A stretch of DNA of 64,000 nt. Origin: Escherichia coli (GTDB lineage: Bacteria > Pseudomonadota > Gammaproteobacteria > Enterobacterales > Enterobacteriaceae). Positions 41,375 to 53,033 of this stretch are shown here, in pieces. The notes beneath the pieces are model-generated. The model was not told the DNA's origin and did not search any database. It saw only the letters and a list, made by a program, of their open reading frames with translations. The stretch's first letter is position 1; each line of letters starts with the position of its first letter. Both the position numbers and the translations under genes were made by a program. The DNA lies in assembly GCF_965641715.1 (NCBI RefSeq), contig NZ_OZ282453.1; one strand, given 5' to 3'.

Positions 41375-42796
41375 ATGATGAGCAAAATAAACCAAACGGA
41401 TATCGATCGGTTGATTGAACTGGTCGGCGGGCGCGGCAATATTGCGACGGTGAGCCACTGTATTACTCGCCTGCGCTTTGTCCTCAACCAACCGGCCAAT
41501 GCCAGACCGAAAGAAATTGAGCAACTCCCCATGGTGAAAGGCTGTTTCACCAATGCCGGGCAATTTCAGGTGGTGATTGGCACCAACGTGGGTGATTACT
41601 ATCAAGCACTGATAGCGTCAACCGGACAGGCGCAGGTTGATAAAGAGCAGGTAAAAAAAGCCGCCCGGCAGAATATGAAATGGCATGAGCAGTTGATCTC
41701 TCATTTCGCAGAGATCTTCTTCCCGTTGCTGCCCGCGTTGATTAGCGGCGGTTTGATCCTCGGTTTTCGCAATGTGATCGGCGATTTGCCCATGAGCAAC
41801 GGTCAAACGCTGGCGCAAATGTACCCTTCCCTGCAAACGATCTACGATTTTCTGTGGTTGATCGGTGAAGCGATCTTCTTCTACCTGCCGGTCGGGATTT
41901 GCTGGTCAGCGGTGAAAAAAATGGGCGGCACGCCGATCCTTGGTATCGTACTTGGCGTAACGCTGGTTTCTCCACAGCTGATGAACGCTTATCTGCTCGG
42001 GCAGCAGCTGCCGGAAGTGTGGGACTTTGGCATGTTCAGCATCGCCAAAGTGGGCTATCAGGCGCAGGTGATCCCGGCACTATTAGCCGGGCTGGCGCTG
42101 GGCGTTATTGAAACTCGCCTTAAACGCATCGTGCCAGATTACCTCTATCTGGTGGTGGTGCCCGTCTGTTCGCTGATCCTCGCGGTGTTCCTCGCCCATG
42201 CGCTGATTGGTCCGTTTGGACGCATGATTGGCGATGGCGTTGCCTTTGCGGTACGTCACCTGATGACCGGCAGCTTTGCTCCGATTGGCGCGGCATTGTT
42301 TGGCTTCCTGTACGCCCCGCTGGTGATCACCGGGGTACACCAGACCACGCTTGCTATTGATTTGCAGATGATTCAAAGCATGGGTGGTACGCCAGTGTGG
42401 CCGCTGATTGCGCTGTCGAATATCGCTCAGGGCTCCGCCGTGATAGGCATTATCATTTCCAGCCGCAAGCACAATGAACGCGAGATCTCCGTGCCTGCGG
42501 CGATCTCCGCCTGGCTTGGGGTCACTGAGCCTGCAATGTACGGCATCAACCTGAAATATCGCTTCCCGATGCTGTGCGCGATGATTGGTTCTGGTCTGGC
42601 AGGATTGCTATGCGGCCTGAACGGCGTTATGGCGAATGGCATCGGCGTAGGCGGCCTGCCGGGAATTCTCTCGATTCAACCAAGCTACTGGCAGGTGTTT
42701 GCGCTGGCAATGGCTATCGCCATCATCATCCCGATTGTACTCACCTCGTTTATCTATCAGCGGAAATACCGCCTGGGCACGCTGGACATTGTTTAA
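41375..42796 (+). CDS. treB: PTS trehalose-specific EIIBC component
   Basis: 473 aa; EIIB cysteine motif (VSHCITRLR) plus polytopic EIIC. Confidence 0.92.
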   Translation: MMSKINQTDIDRLIELVGGRGNIATVSHCITRLRFVLNQPANARPKEIEQLPMVKGCFTNAGQFQVVIGTNVGDYYQALIASTGQAQVDKEQVKKAARQNMKWHEQLISHFAEIFFPLLPALISGGLILGFRNVIGDLPMSNGQTLAQMYPSLQTIYDFLWLIGEAIFFYLPVGICWSAVKKMGGTPILGIVLGVTLVSPQLMNAYLLGQQLPEVWDFGMFSIAKVGYQAQVIPALLAGLALGVIETRLKRIVPDYLYLVVVPVCSLILAVFLAHALIGPFGRMIGDGVAFAVRHLMTGSFAPIGAALFGFLYAPLVITGVHQTTLAIDLQMIQSMGGTPVWPLIALSNIAQGSAVIGIIISSRKHNEREISVPAAISAWLGVTEPAMYGINLKYRFPMLCAMIGSGLAGLLCGLNGVMANGIGVGGLPGILSIQPSYWQVFALAMAIAIIIPIVLTSFIYQRKYRLGTLDIV

Positions 42797-42804
42797 TTTT
42801 CTTC

Positions 42805-42822
42805 GGGGCGCAATTGCGCCCC
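42805..42822. other. Perfect 18-bp palindrome between treB and treC (GGGGCGCAATTGCGCCCC)
   Basis: Read directly; 9 nt after the treB stop and 23 nt before the treC ATG. Confidence 0.8.
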
Positions 42823-42845
42823 CTCGCATTCGCAGGAATAACGTA

Positions 42846-44501
42846 ATGACTAATCTTCCCCACTGGTGGCAAAACGGCGTTATCTACCAGATTTATCCAA
42901 AGAGTTTTCAGGACACCACGGGTAGCGGTACCGGCGATTTACGTGGCGTTATCCAACGCCTGGACTATCTGCATAAACTGGGCGTTGATGCCATCTGGCT
43001 AACCCCCTTTTATGTCTCTCCGCAGGTCGATAACGGTTACGACGTAGCGAACTATACAGCGATTGATCCCACCTACGGCACGCTGGACGATTTTGACGAA
43101 CTGGTGACGCAGGCAAAATCGCGCGGGATTCGTATCATTCTCGATATGGTGTTTAACCATACCTCTACCCAACATGCCTGGTTTCGCGAGGCGCTGAACA
43201 AAGAAAGCCCTTACCGCCAGTTTTATATCTGGCGCGATGGAGAACCAGAAACGCCACCGAACAACTGGCGTTCAAAATTTGGCGGTAGTGCGTGGCGCTG
43301 GCATGCGGAAAGCGAACAGTACTATTTGCATCTCTTTGCACCAGAACAGGCGGATCTCAACTGGGAGAATCCAGCGGTACGCGCAGAGCTGAAAAAAGTC
43401 TGTGAGTTCTGGGCCGATCGTGGGGTCGACGGGTTGCGCCTGGATGTGGTGAATCTGATCTCCAAAGACCCGCGTTTCCCTGAAGACCTGGACGGCGACG
43501 GGCGTCGCTTCTACACCGACGGGCCACGAGCACACGAGTTTTTGCACGAGATGAACCGCGATGTGTTTACGCCACGCGGGTTAATGACCGTAGGTGAAAT
43601 GTCCTCCACCAGCCTTGAGCATTGCCAGCGATACGCGGCTCTGACAGGCAGTGAATTGTCGATGACCTTTAATTTTCATCACCTGAAGGTCGATTATCCC
43701 GGTGGTGAAAAATGGACGCTGGCTAAACCTGACTTTGTGGCGTTGAAAACATTGTTCCGCCACTGGCAACAAGGAATGCACAACGTAGCATGGAATGCCT
43801 TGTTCTGGTGTAACCACGATCAGCCGCGCATTGTTTCTCGCTTTGGTGATGAAGGTGAATACCGCGTGCCTGCGGCAAAAATGCTGGCGATGGTGCTGCA
43901 TGGCATGCAGGGAACGCCGTATATCTACCAGGGCGAAGAGATTGGCATGACCAACCCACATTTCACGCGCATTACTGACTATCGCGACGTAGAGAGCCTC
44001 AATATGTTTGCCGAGCTGCGCAACGATGGGCGTGATGCCGACGAGTTATTGGCAATCCTCGCCAGTAAATCCCGTGACAACAGCCGCACGCCCATGCAAT
44101 GGAGCAACGGCGATAATGCCGGGTTTACGGCTGGCGAACCGTGGATTGGCCTGGGCGATAACTATCAACAAATCAACGTAGAAGCCGCGCTGGCCGATGA
44201 TTCCTCGGTGTTTTACACCTACCAAAAGTTAATCGCACTGCGTAAGCAGGAAGCCATCCTGACATGGGGCAATTACCAGGATCTGCTGCCAAACAGCCCT
44301 GTATTGTGGTGCTATCGCCGTGAATGGAAGGGGCAAACCTTGCTGGTCATTGCCAACCTTAGCCGTGAGATCCAACCCTGGCAGCCAGGGCAAATGCGCG
44401 GCAACTGGCAGCTTGTGATGCATAACTACGAAGAAGCCTCACCACAACCCTGTGCCATGAATTTACGGCCTTTTGAGGCTGTCTGGTGGTTACAGAAGTA
44501 A
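42846..44501 (+). CDS. treC: Trehalose-6-phosphate hydrolase
   Basis: 551 aa from MTNLPHWWQNG; GH13 motifs; the track ORF is extended upstream across the treB end. Confidence 0.92.
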   Translation: MTNLPHWWQNGVIYQIYPKSFQDTTGSGTGDLRGVIQRLDYLHKLGVDAIWLTPFYVSPQVDNGYDVANYTAIDPTYGTLDDFDELVTQAKSRGIRIILDMVFNHTSTQHAWFREALNKESPYRQFYIWRDGEPETPPNNWRSKFGGSAWRWHAESEQYYLHLFAPEQADLNWENPAVRAELKKVCEFWADRGVDGLRLDVVNLISKDPRFPEDLDGDGRRFYTDGPRAHEFLHEMNRDVFTPRGLMTVGEMSSTSLEHCQRYAALTGSELSMTFNFHHLKVDYPGGEKWTLAKPDFVALKTLFRHWQQGMHNVAWNALFWCNHDQPRIVSRFGDEGEYRVPAAKMLAMVLHGMQGTPYIYQGEEIGMTNPHFTRITDYRDVESLNMFAELRNDGRDADELLAILASKSRDNSRTPMQWSNGDNAGFTAGEPWIGLGDNYQQINVEAALADDSSVFYTYQKLIALRKQEAILTWGNYQDLLPNSPVLWCYRREWKGQTLLVIANLSREIQPWQPGQMRGNWQLVMHNYEEASPQPCAMNLRPFEAVWWLQK

Positions 44502-44513
44502 ATCTTCGCTAAG

Positions 44514-44544
44514 CCCCGGTAATGCCGGTCATTCCGGGGTTTTG
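44514..44544 (+). terminator. treC terminator
   Basis: CCCCGG...CCGGGG hairpin followed by TTTTG. Confidence 0.6.
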
Positions 44545-44894
44545 TCTGTCAGTATGTTGTTTTTGTTGATTTTTCAACCAGCAAATTCATTAAAAAATTT
44601 ACATAACGCTGTAGCGCCCGTCATCCGTACGCTCTGCTTTTTACTTTGAGCTACATCAAAAAAAGTTCAAACATCCTTGATGCAAAGCACTATATATAGA
44701 CTTTAAAATGCGTCCCAACCCAATATGTTGTATTAATCGACTATAATTGCTACTACAGCTCCCCACGAAAAAGGTGCGGCGTTGTGGATAAGCGGATGGC
44801 GATTGCGGAAAGCACCGGAAAACGAAACGAAAAAACCGGAAAACGCCTTTCCCAATTTCTGTGGATAACCTGTTCTTAAAAATATGGAGCGATC

Positions 44895-47033
44895 ATGACA
44901 CCGCATGTGATGAAACGAGACGGCTGCAAAGTGCCGTTTAAATCAGAGCGCATCAAAGAAGCGATTCTGCGTGCAGCTAAAGCAGCGGAAGTCGATGATG
45001 CCGATTATTGCGCCACTGTTGCTGCAGTTGTCAGCGAGCAGATGCAGGGCCGCAACCAGGTGGATATCAATGAGATCCAGACCGCTGTTGAAAACCAGCT
45101 GATGTCAGGTCCATACAAACAACTGGCTCGTGCTTACATCGAGTACCGTCACGATCGCGACATTGAACGTGAAAAACGCGGTCGCCTGAATCAGGAGATC
45201 CGTGGTCTGGTCGAGCAGACCAACGCCTCGTTACTCAACGAAAACGCCAACAAAGACAGCAAGGTGATTCCAACCCAGCGCGACCTGCTGGCCGGGATCG
45301 TGGCTAAACACTATGCACGTCAGCACCTGCTGCCGCGTGACGTGGTGCAGGCACATGAGCGTGGCGATATTCACTATCACGATCTCGATTACTCGCCGTT
45401 CTTCCCGATGTTCAACTGCATGTTGATCGACCTGAAAGGCATGCTGACCCAGGGCTTTAAGATGGGGAACGCCGAGATTGAACCGCCGAAGTCGATCTCT
45501 ACGGCAACCGCTGTAACTGCGCAGATTATTGCTCAGGTCGCCAGCCATATTTATGGCGGCACCACCATTAACCGTATCGATGAAGTGCTGGCACCGTTTG
45601 TCACCGCCAGCTACAACAAACATCGCAAGACCGCAGAAGAGTGGAACATCCCGGACGCCGAAGGCTACGCTAACTCTCGTACCATTAAAGAGTGCTACGA
45701 TGCCTTCCAGTCGCTGGAGTACGAAGTAAACACCCTGCACACCGCCAACGGTCAGACGCCGTTTGTAACCTTTGGTTTTGGTCTGGGCACCAGCTGGGAA
45801 TCGCGCCTGATTCAGGAATCGATCCTGCGTAACCGTATCGCAGGCCTCGGTAAAAACCGTAAAACTGCGGTGTTCCCGAAACTGGTGTTTGCGATTCGCG
45901 ATGGCCTGAACCATAAAAAAGGCGATCCGAACTACGACATCAAACAGCTGGCGCTGGAGTGCGCAAGCAAGCGCATGTATCCGGATATCCTGAACTACGA
46001 TCAGGTAGTGAAAGTCACCGGTTCGTTTAAAACCCCGATGGGCTGCCGCAGCTTCCTCGGCGTGTGGGAAAATGAAAACGGCGAGCAGATCCACGATGGT
46101 CGTAACAACCTCGGCGTGATCAGCCTGAACCTGCCGCGTATTGCTCTGGAAGCAAAAGGCGATGAAGCCACCTTCTGGAAGCTGCTGGATGAACGTCTGG
46201 TGCTGGCACGTAAGGCGCTGATGACCCGTATCGCTCGTCTCGAAGGCGTGAAAGCGCGCGTGGCCCCGATCCTCTATATGGAAGGTGCTTGTGGCGTGCG
46301 TCTCAATGCTGACGATGATGTTTCTGAAATCTTCAAAAACGGTCGTGCGTCTATTTCGCTGGGTTACATCGGCATCCACGAAACCATTAACGCGCTGTTC
46401 GGCGGCGAACATGTTTACGACAACGAGCAGCTTCGCGCGAAAGGTATCGCCATTGTTGAACGTCTACGTCAGGCAGTGGATCAGTGGAAGGAAGAAACGG
46501 GTTATGGTTTCAGTCTCTACAGCACGCCGAGTGAAAACCTGTGCGACCGCTTCTGCCGTCTCGATACTGCTGAGTTTGGCGTGGTGCCGGGCGTGACCGA
46601 TAAAGGTTACTACACCAACAGTTTCCACCTCGATGTGGAGAAGAAGGTGAACCCGTACGACAAGATCGACTTTGAAGCGCCTTACCCGCCGCTGGCGAAC
46701 GGTGGTTTCATTTGCTACGGCGAGTATCCAAACATTCAGCACAACCTGAAGGCGCTGGAAGATGTCTGGGATTACAGCTATCAGCATGTACCGTATTACG
46801 GCACCAATACACCGATTGATGAGTGCTACGAGTGTGGCTTTACCGGTGAGTTCGAGTGCACCAGCAAAGGCTTCACTTGCCCGAAATGTGGTAACCATGA
46901 CGCCTCCCGTGTGTCGGTAACTCGCCGCGTGTGCGGATATTTAGGTAGCCCGGATGCACGTCCGTTTAACGCTGGTAAGCAGGAAGAAGTTAAGCGCCGC
47001 GTTAAACATTTGGGAAATGGGCAGATAGGTTGA
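44895..47033 (+). CDS. nrdD: Anaerobic ribonucleoside-triphosphate reductase
   Basis: 712 aa; N-terminal ATP-cone; C-terminal glycyl-radical motif and Zn cysteines. Confidence 0.95.
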   Translation: MTPHVMKRDGCKVPFKSERIKEAILRAAKAAEVDDADYCATVAAVVSEQMQGRNQVDINEIQTAVENQLMSGPYKQLARAYIEYRHDRDIEREKRGRLNQEIRGLVEQTNASLLNENANKDSKVIPTQRDLLAGIVAKHYARQHLLPRDVVQAHERGDIHYHDLDYSPFFPMFNCMLIDLKGMLTQGFKMGNAEIEPPKSISTATAVTAQIIAQVASHIYGGTTINRIDEVLAPFVTASYNKHRKTAEEWNIPDAEGYANSRTIKECYDAFQSLEYEVNTLHTANGQTPFVTFGFGLGTSWESRLIQESILRNRIAGLGKNRKTAVFPKLVFAIRDGLNHKKGDPNYDIKQLALECASKRMYPDILNYDQVVKVTGSFKTPMGCRSFLGVWENENGEQIHDGRNNLGVISLNLPRIALEAKGDEATFWKLLDERLVLARKALMTRIARLEGVKARVAPILYMEGACGVRLNADDDVSEIFKNGRASISLGYIGIHETINALFGGEHVYDNEQLRAKGIAIVERLRQAVDQWKEETGYGFSLYSTPSENLCDRFCRLDTAEFGVVPGVTDKGYYTNSFHLDVEKKVNPYDKIDFEAPYPPLANGGFICYGEYPNIQHNLKALEDVWDYSYQHVPYYGTNTPIDECYECGFTGEFECTSKGFTCPKCGNHDASRVSVTRRVCGYLGSPDARPFNAGKQEEVKRRVKHLGNGQIG

Positions 47034-47049
47034 TCTGCACTAAGCAAAT

Positions 47050-47200
<151 letters not shown>

Positions 47201-47222
47201 GACTGATAAGCCAGGCGAAATA

Positions 47223-47687
47223 ATGAATTATCATCAGTACTATCCTGTCGACATCGTCAACGGCCCCGGCACTCGCTGCACCCTGTTTGTCTCCGGGTGT
47301 GTTCATGAATGCCCCGGTTGCTATAACAAAAGCACATGGCGGGTAAATTCCGGTCAGCCATTTACTAAAGCAATGGAAGACCAGATCATTAACGATCTGA
47401 ATGACACTCGTATCAAACGCCAGGGTATTTCCCTCTCCGGCGGCGATCCGCTGCATCCGCAAAACGTGCCGGATATTCTGAAACTGGTACAACGCATCCG
47501 CGCCGAGTGTCCGGGTAAAGACATCTGGGTGTGGACAGGCTATAAACTCGACGAACTCAACGCTGCGCAAATGCAGGTTGTTGATTTGATTAACGTGCTG
47601 GTCGACGGCAAATTTGTGCAGGATTTAAAAGACCCTTCCCTGATCTGGCGCGGCAGCAGCAATCAGGTGGTGCATCATTTGCGATGA
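47223..47687 (+). CDS. nrdG: Anaerobic ribonucleotide reductase activating protein (radical SAM)
   Basis: 154 aa from MNYHQYYPVD; CxxxCxxC-type cluster (CVHECPGC). Confidence 0.92.
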   Translation: MNYHQYYPVDIVNGPGTRCTLFVSGCVHECPGCYNKSTWRVNSGQPFTKAMEDQIINDLNDTRIKRQGISLSGGDPLHPQNVPDILKLVQRIRAECPGKDIWVWTGYKLDELNAAQMQVVDLINVLVDGKFVQDLKDPSLIWRGSSNQVVHHLR

Positions 47688-47731
47688 TAAGTTCCCTGTT
47701 ACCTGAGTGCAGGCAACAGGGAAATGAGGAA

Positions 47732-48121
<390 letters not shown>

Positions 48122-48300
48122 TCACTTCCTTTTTTATTTACACTTCATCCTTCACACTGCCTCATCGACGACTACGCTCATTCGACCGGGTCACGTACTG
48201 CGAGTACGCTCCCCGGCCCTCATTCACTTTCCGTCTCGATGCAGTGCGAATGATTTTGTGTAATTTTTTAGTTTATAGCGCGGCAGGTCGCGCCAGTTTT

Positions 48301-49653
48301 TTACTGCCCGGCGATTTTCATCTCCGGCAACAGCACAGAACCACACTGTATATTACTGCGTGTTTCAATATCGTTACCGACGGTGACAATATTGCGCCAC
48401 ATATCTTTTAAATTACCTGCGATGGTGATTTCGCTCACCGGATACTGAATTTCGCCATTCTCTACCCAGAAGCCCGCTGCACCACGGGAATAATCACCAG
48501 TAATGGCACTCACGCCCTGGCCCATCAGCTCCGTCACCACCAGCCCGGTGCCCATCTCTTTGAGCATTTGTTCGAAGCTTAGCCCTTGTCCGGCAATCCG
48601 CCAGTTGTGAATACCGCCCGCATGTCCGGTGCTTTTCAGCCCCAGTTTCCGCGCCGAGTAGCTGGTCAGCAGCCACTGAGTCAGGATGCCATCTTTAATA
48701 ATATCGCGACGCTCGGTGCGCACACCTTCGCTGTCGAATGGCGTCGACGCCAGCCCTTTCAGCAGATGCGGATGCTCTTCAATGGTCAGCCAGTCCGGCA
48801 GAATTTGTTTACCCAGCGAATCCAGCAGGAAGGTAGATTTACGGTAAACCGATCCACCCGCTATCGCCCCCACCAGATGCCCAAACAGCCCGGTTGCCAC
48901 TTCATTGGCAAAAATGACCGGCGCTTTCATGGTGGAGAGTTTACGCGGTGACAGGCGCGATAAAGTACGGCGAGCACAGTCGGCCCCGACCCACTCTGGC
49001 GTCTGCAGATCGCTCATCGCACGACCAATGGTGTAGGCGTAATCACGCTCCATATCGCCATTTTCTTCGGCAATTACACAGCTGGAGAGCGAATGACGCG
49101 TAGAGCAGTAACCCTGCAACATGCCGTGGCTGTTGCCAAAAACTTTGACACCGTAGTGGCTGTTAAAGCTGCCACCTTCGGTATTGGTGATGCGTTTGTC
49201 CGCCTGCAATGCCGCCTGTTCTGCGCGGGCCGCCAGTTCAATGGCTTCATCCGGGGAAACTTCCGCAGGGTGGAACAAGTCGAGATCTGGTGCGTCAAAG
49301 GCCAGCAGCTCTTTGTCTGCCACGCCGGCACAGGGATCTGGCGAGGTATAACGGGCAATATCCAGCGCCGCCTGTACAGTACGGGCAATGGCCTGCGGGC
49401 TTAAATCGGTGGATGATGCGCTACCTTTGCGGTTCTGGTGATAAACAGTGATCCCCAGCGCGCCATCGCTATTGAATTCAACATTCTCCACTTCACCATA
49501 ACGCGTGCTTACGCTAATGCCGGTGGTCTTGCTGACGGCAACTTCCGCACCGTCCGATTTGCCTGAGGCCAACTCCAGCGCAGTGGAAACTGCTTCTTCC
49601 AGAATCTTGCGCTGCGCTTCAACTTGAGAGATTACTTTCATTGCAAGTGCCAT
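48301..49653 (-). CDS. pmbA: Metalloprotease PmbA (TldE)
   Basis: 450 aa starting [22 protein letters not shown]. Confidence 0.92.
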
Positions 49654-49746
49654 AATGTAGAGAGTTTCTCTGAAGTCTAACAGAGAACCGTTTTTCAGTG
49701 CGCATCTTAACTGGTAACATTAGCCTCTTTTTTTAAGGAGCCTGAG

Positions 49747-50298
49747 ATGACTAAGCAGCCCGAAGACTGGCTCGACGACGTTCCCGGTGATGACATCGAA
49801 GACGAAGACGATGAAATTATCTGGGTCAGTAAAAGTGAAATTAAACGTGATGCCGAGGAGCTAAAACGCCTTGGCGCGGAAATTGTTGATCTGGGGAAAA
49901 ACGCGCTGGATAAGATCCCGTTAGATGCGGATCTGCGCGCGGCTATTGAGCTCGCCCAGCGTATTAAGATGGAAGGTCGCCGCCGCCAGTTGCAGCTCAT
50001 TGGTAAGATGCTGCGCCAGCGCGACGTAGAGCCTATTCGTCAGGCGCTGGATAAGCTGAAAAACCGTCACAACCAGCAGGTGGTGCTGTTCCATAAACTG
50101 GAAAACCTGCGCGATCGTCTGATCGATCAAGGTGATGACGCCATCGCTGAGGTATTAAATCTGTGGCCCGATGCCGATCGTCAGCAACTGCGTACTCTGA
50201 TCCGCAACGCGAAGAAAGAGAAAGAAGGGAATAAGCCGCCGAAATCCGCACGCCAGATTTTCCAGTATCTGCGCGAGTTAGCGGAGAACGAAGGGTAA
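49747..50298 (+). CDS. yjgA: DUF615-family ribosome-associated protein
   Basis: 183 aa, acidic N-terminus and basic helical region. Confidence 0.85.
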
Positions 50299-50323
50299 TT
50301 TTCGTTGTTGATGTGAGTATGGT

Positions 50324-50428
50324 TTGCCGGATACGGTGCACCTGTAGGCCTGATAAGACGCATCAAGCGTCGCATCAGGCACTATGCTCAAATGCCGGAT
50401 GCGGCGTGAACGCCTTATCCGGCCTACG
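50324..50428. repeat. REP/BIME cluster
   Basis: GCCGGATACGG..., GTAGGCCTGATAAGACGCATC..., GCCGGATGCGGCGTGAACGCCTTATCCGGCCTAC. Confidence 0.85.
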
Positions 50429-50453
50429 CACACTATATCTGGCTAAGGCCGAA

Positions 50454-51827
50454 TTACTGCGCGGCTTCCGCCTTCTTCGCCAGCCCATCCAGCAGTTTCT
50501 GATGGATCCCACCAAAACCGCCGTTGCTCATCACCAGAATATGGTCGCCAGGCTGAGCGGTTTTCACCACCATATCTGCCAGCGTATCCACATCGCCACT
50601 CCAGTGTGCAGGCTGAACGCAGGCTTCTGCCACTTCTGCCACCTGCCACGGAATATGCGCCGGTTGCAGCAGGAAGACTTCATCGGCACGACCTAATGAA
50701 GGTGCCAGATCGTCTTTGCAGATCCCCATTTTCATGGTATTCGAGCGCGGTTCCAGCACAGCAATAATGCGCGCCGTACCACCAACTTTGCCACGCAGCG
50801 CCGCCAGTGTTGCCAGAATCGCCGTTGGGTGATGGGCGAAATCGTCATATACCGTGACGCCATTCGCTTCACCACGCAACTCCAGACGGCGGCGAGCGTT
50901 AATAAACGAACCCAGCGCGTTAGCGGCATCTGCCGGCGCTACACCAACATGACGAGCCGCCGCAATCGCCATCAGGCCATTGTGCATATTATGTTCGCCT
51001 ACCAGCGACCATTTCACTTCGCCCACTTTTTCGCCATCCAGCAAGACTTCCCATTCGGAAGCATCGGTGGTCAGCTTTTTCGCCTGCCAGTGGCCCTGCT
51101 CGCCCACCAGCTCCTGCTCGCTCCAGCAGCCCATCGCCATGGTCTGTTTCAGGTTGATGTCGTTTTCCGGCCAGATAATACGGCCCTGCCCCGGAACGAT
51201 ACGCACCAGATGGTGGAACTGTTTCTGGATCGCTTTCAGGTCGTCAAAGATATCGGCGTGATCGAACTCAAGGTTGTTGAGGATCAGCGTACGCGGGCAG
51301 TAATGGACAAATTTAGAGCGTTTGTCGAAGAAGGCGCAGTCATACTCATCCGCTTCGATAACAAAGAAGTCGCTTTCGCCCAGACGAGCCGAAACCTCAA
51401 AGTTCCCCGGCACACCGCCGATCACAAATCCCGGTTTGTAACCGCACTGTTCCAGAATCCAGGTCGCCATTCCCGCGGTGGTAGTTTTGCCGTGTGTACC
51501 GGCAACGGCCAGCACCCAGCGGTCGCGCAGCACAAAATCGTGCAGCCACTGTGGACCTGACATATAAGGGATGTTTTTTTCCAGTACCGCTTCCACACAC
51601 GGATTTCCACGGGTCATGGCGTTGCCAATAATCACCAGATCCGGCTGCGGATCGAGCTGGCTGGCATCGTAACCCTGAATCAGTTCAATGCCTTGCTTCT
51701 CAAGTAAGGTGCTCATCGGCGGATACACATTGGCGTCCGAACCCGTTACTTCATGGCCTAACTGGCGCGCCAGCATCGCCAGACCGCCCATAAACGTGCC
51801 ACAAATTCCTAAAATATGAATGCGCAT
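50454..51827 (-). CDS. mpl: UDP-N-acetylmuramate:L-alanyl-gamma-D-glutamyl-meso-diaminopimelate ligase
   Basis: 457 aa; Mur ligase motifs (GTHGKTTT). Confidence 0.92.
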   Translation of the reverse strand: MRIHILGICGTFMGGLAMLARQLGHEVTGSDANVYPPMSTLLEKQGIELIQGYDASQLDPQPDLVIIGNAMTRGNPCVEAVLEKNIPYMSGPQWLHDFVLRDRWVLAVAGTHGKTTTAGMATWILEQCGYKPGFVIGGVPGNFEVSARLGESDFFVIEADEYDCAFFDKRSKFVHYCPRTLILNNLEFDHADIFDDLKAIQKQFHHLVRIVPGQGRIIWPENDINLKQTMAMGCWSEQELVGEQGHWQAKKLTTDASEWEVLLDGEKVGEVKWSLVGEHNMHNGLMAIAAARHVGVAPADAANALGSFINARRRLELRGEANGVTVYDDFAHHPTAILATLAALRGKVGGTARIIAVLEPRSNTMKMGICKDDLAPSLGRADEVFLLQPAHIPWQVAEVAEACVQPAHWSGDVDTLADMVVKTAQPGDHILVMSNGGFGGIHQKLLDGLAKKAEAAQ

Positions 51828-52002
51828 ACGTCACTATCCTTTTTTAATCTGCCGCTCATTTTACGCATATGTCGGGCAAGTGAGAAACGCATTTCAGGAT
51901 AATCCGTAATTTGCTGGCGCGATTCACCTGAGCGCAACATTGAGATTATTTGTTAAGATTGTTGCGGTCGCTTTACTCCATAAACATTGCAGGGAAAGTT
52001 TT

Positions 52003-53001
52003 ATGAAAACGTTAGGTGAATTTATTGTCGAAAAGCAGCACGAGTTTTCTCATGCTACCGGTGAGCTCACTGCTTTGCTGTCGGCAATAAAACTGGGCGC
52101 CAAGATTATCCATCGCGATATCAACAAAGCAGGACTGGTTGATATCCTGGGTGCCAGCGGTGCTGAGAACGTGCAGGGCGAGGTTCAACAGAAACTCGAC
52201 TTGTTCGCTAATGAAAAACTGAAAGCCGCACTGAAAGCACGCGATATCGTTGCGGGCATTGCCTCTGAAGAAGAAGATGAGATTGTTGTCTTTGAAGGCT
52301 GTGAACATGCAAAATACGTGGTGCTGATGGACCCCCTGGATGGCTCGTCCAACATCGATGTTAACGTCTCTGTCGGTACCATTTTCTCCATCTACCGCCG
52401 CGTTACGCCTGTTGGCACGCCGGTAACGGAAGAAGATTTCCTCCAGCCTGGTAACAAACAGGTTGCGGCAGGTTACGTGGTATACGGCTCCTCTACCATG
52501 CTGGTTTACACTACCGGATGCGGTGTTCACGCCTTTACTTACGATCCTTCGCTCGGCGTTTTCTGCCTGTGCCAGGAACGGATGCGCTTCCCGGAGAAAG
52601 GCAAAACCTACTCCATCAACGAAGGAAACTACATTAAGTTTCCGAACGGGGTGAAGAAGTACATTAAATTCTGCCAGGAAGAAGATAAGTCCACCAACCG
52701 CCCGTATACCTCACGTTATATCGGTTCACTGGTCGCGGATTTCCACCGTAACCTGCTGAAAGGCGGTATTTATCTCTACCCAAGCACCGCCAGCCACCCG
52801 GACGGTAAACTGCGTTTACTGTATGAGTGCAACCCGATGGCATTCCTGGCGGAACAAGCGGGCGGTAAAGCGAGCGATGGCAAAGAGCGTATTCTGGATA
52901 TCATCCCGGAAACCCTGCACCAGCGCCGTTCGTTCTTTGTCGGCAACGACCATATGGTTGAAGATGTCGAACGCTTTATCCGTGAGTTCCCGGACGCGTA
53001 A
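52003..53001 (+). CDS. fbp: Fructose-1,6-bisphosphatase class I
   Basis: 332 aa from [12 protein letters not shown]; the track ORF is extended upstream. Confidence 0.93.
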
Positions 53002-53033
53002 TCTCCTGCGCCTCTCCACACGGAGAGGCGTTT

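Noticed and set aside
45231-46412. 393-aa minus-strand ORF inside nrdD
   Set aside because: Antisense to nrdD; no independent evidence.
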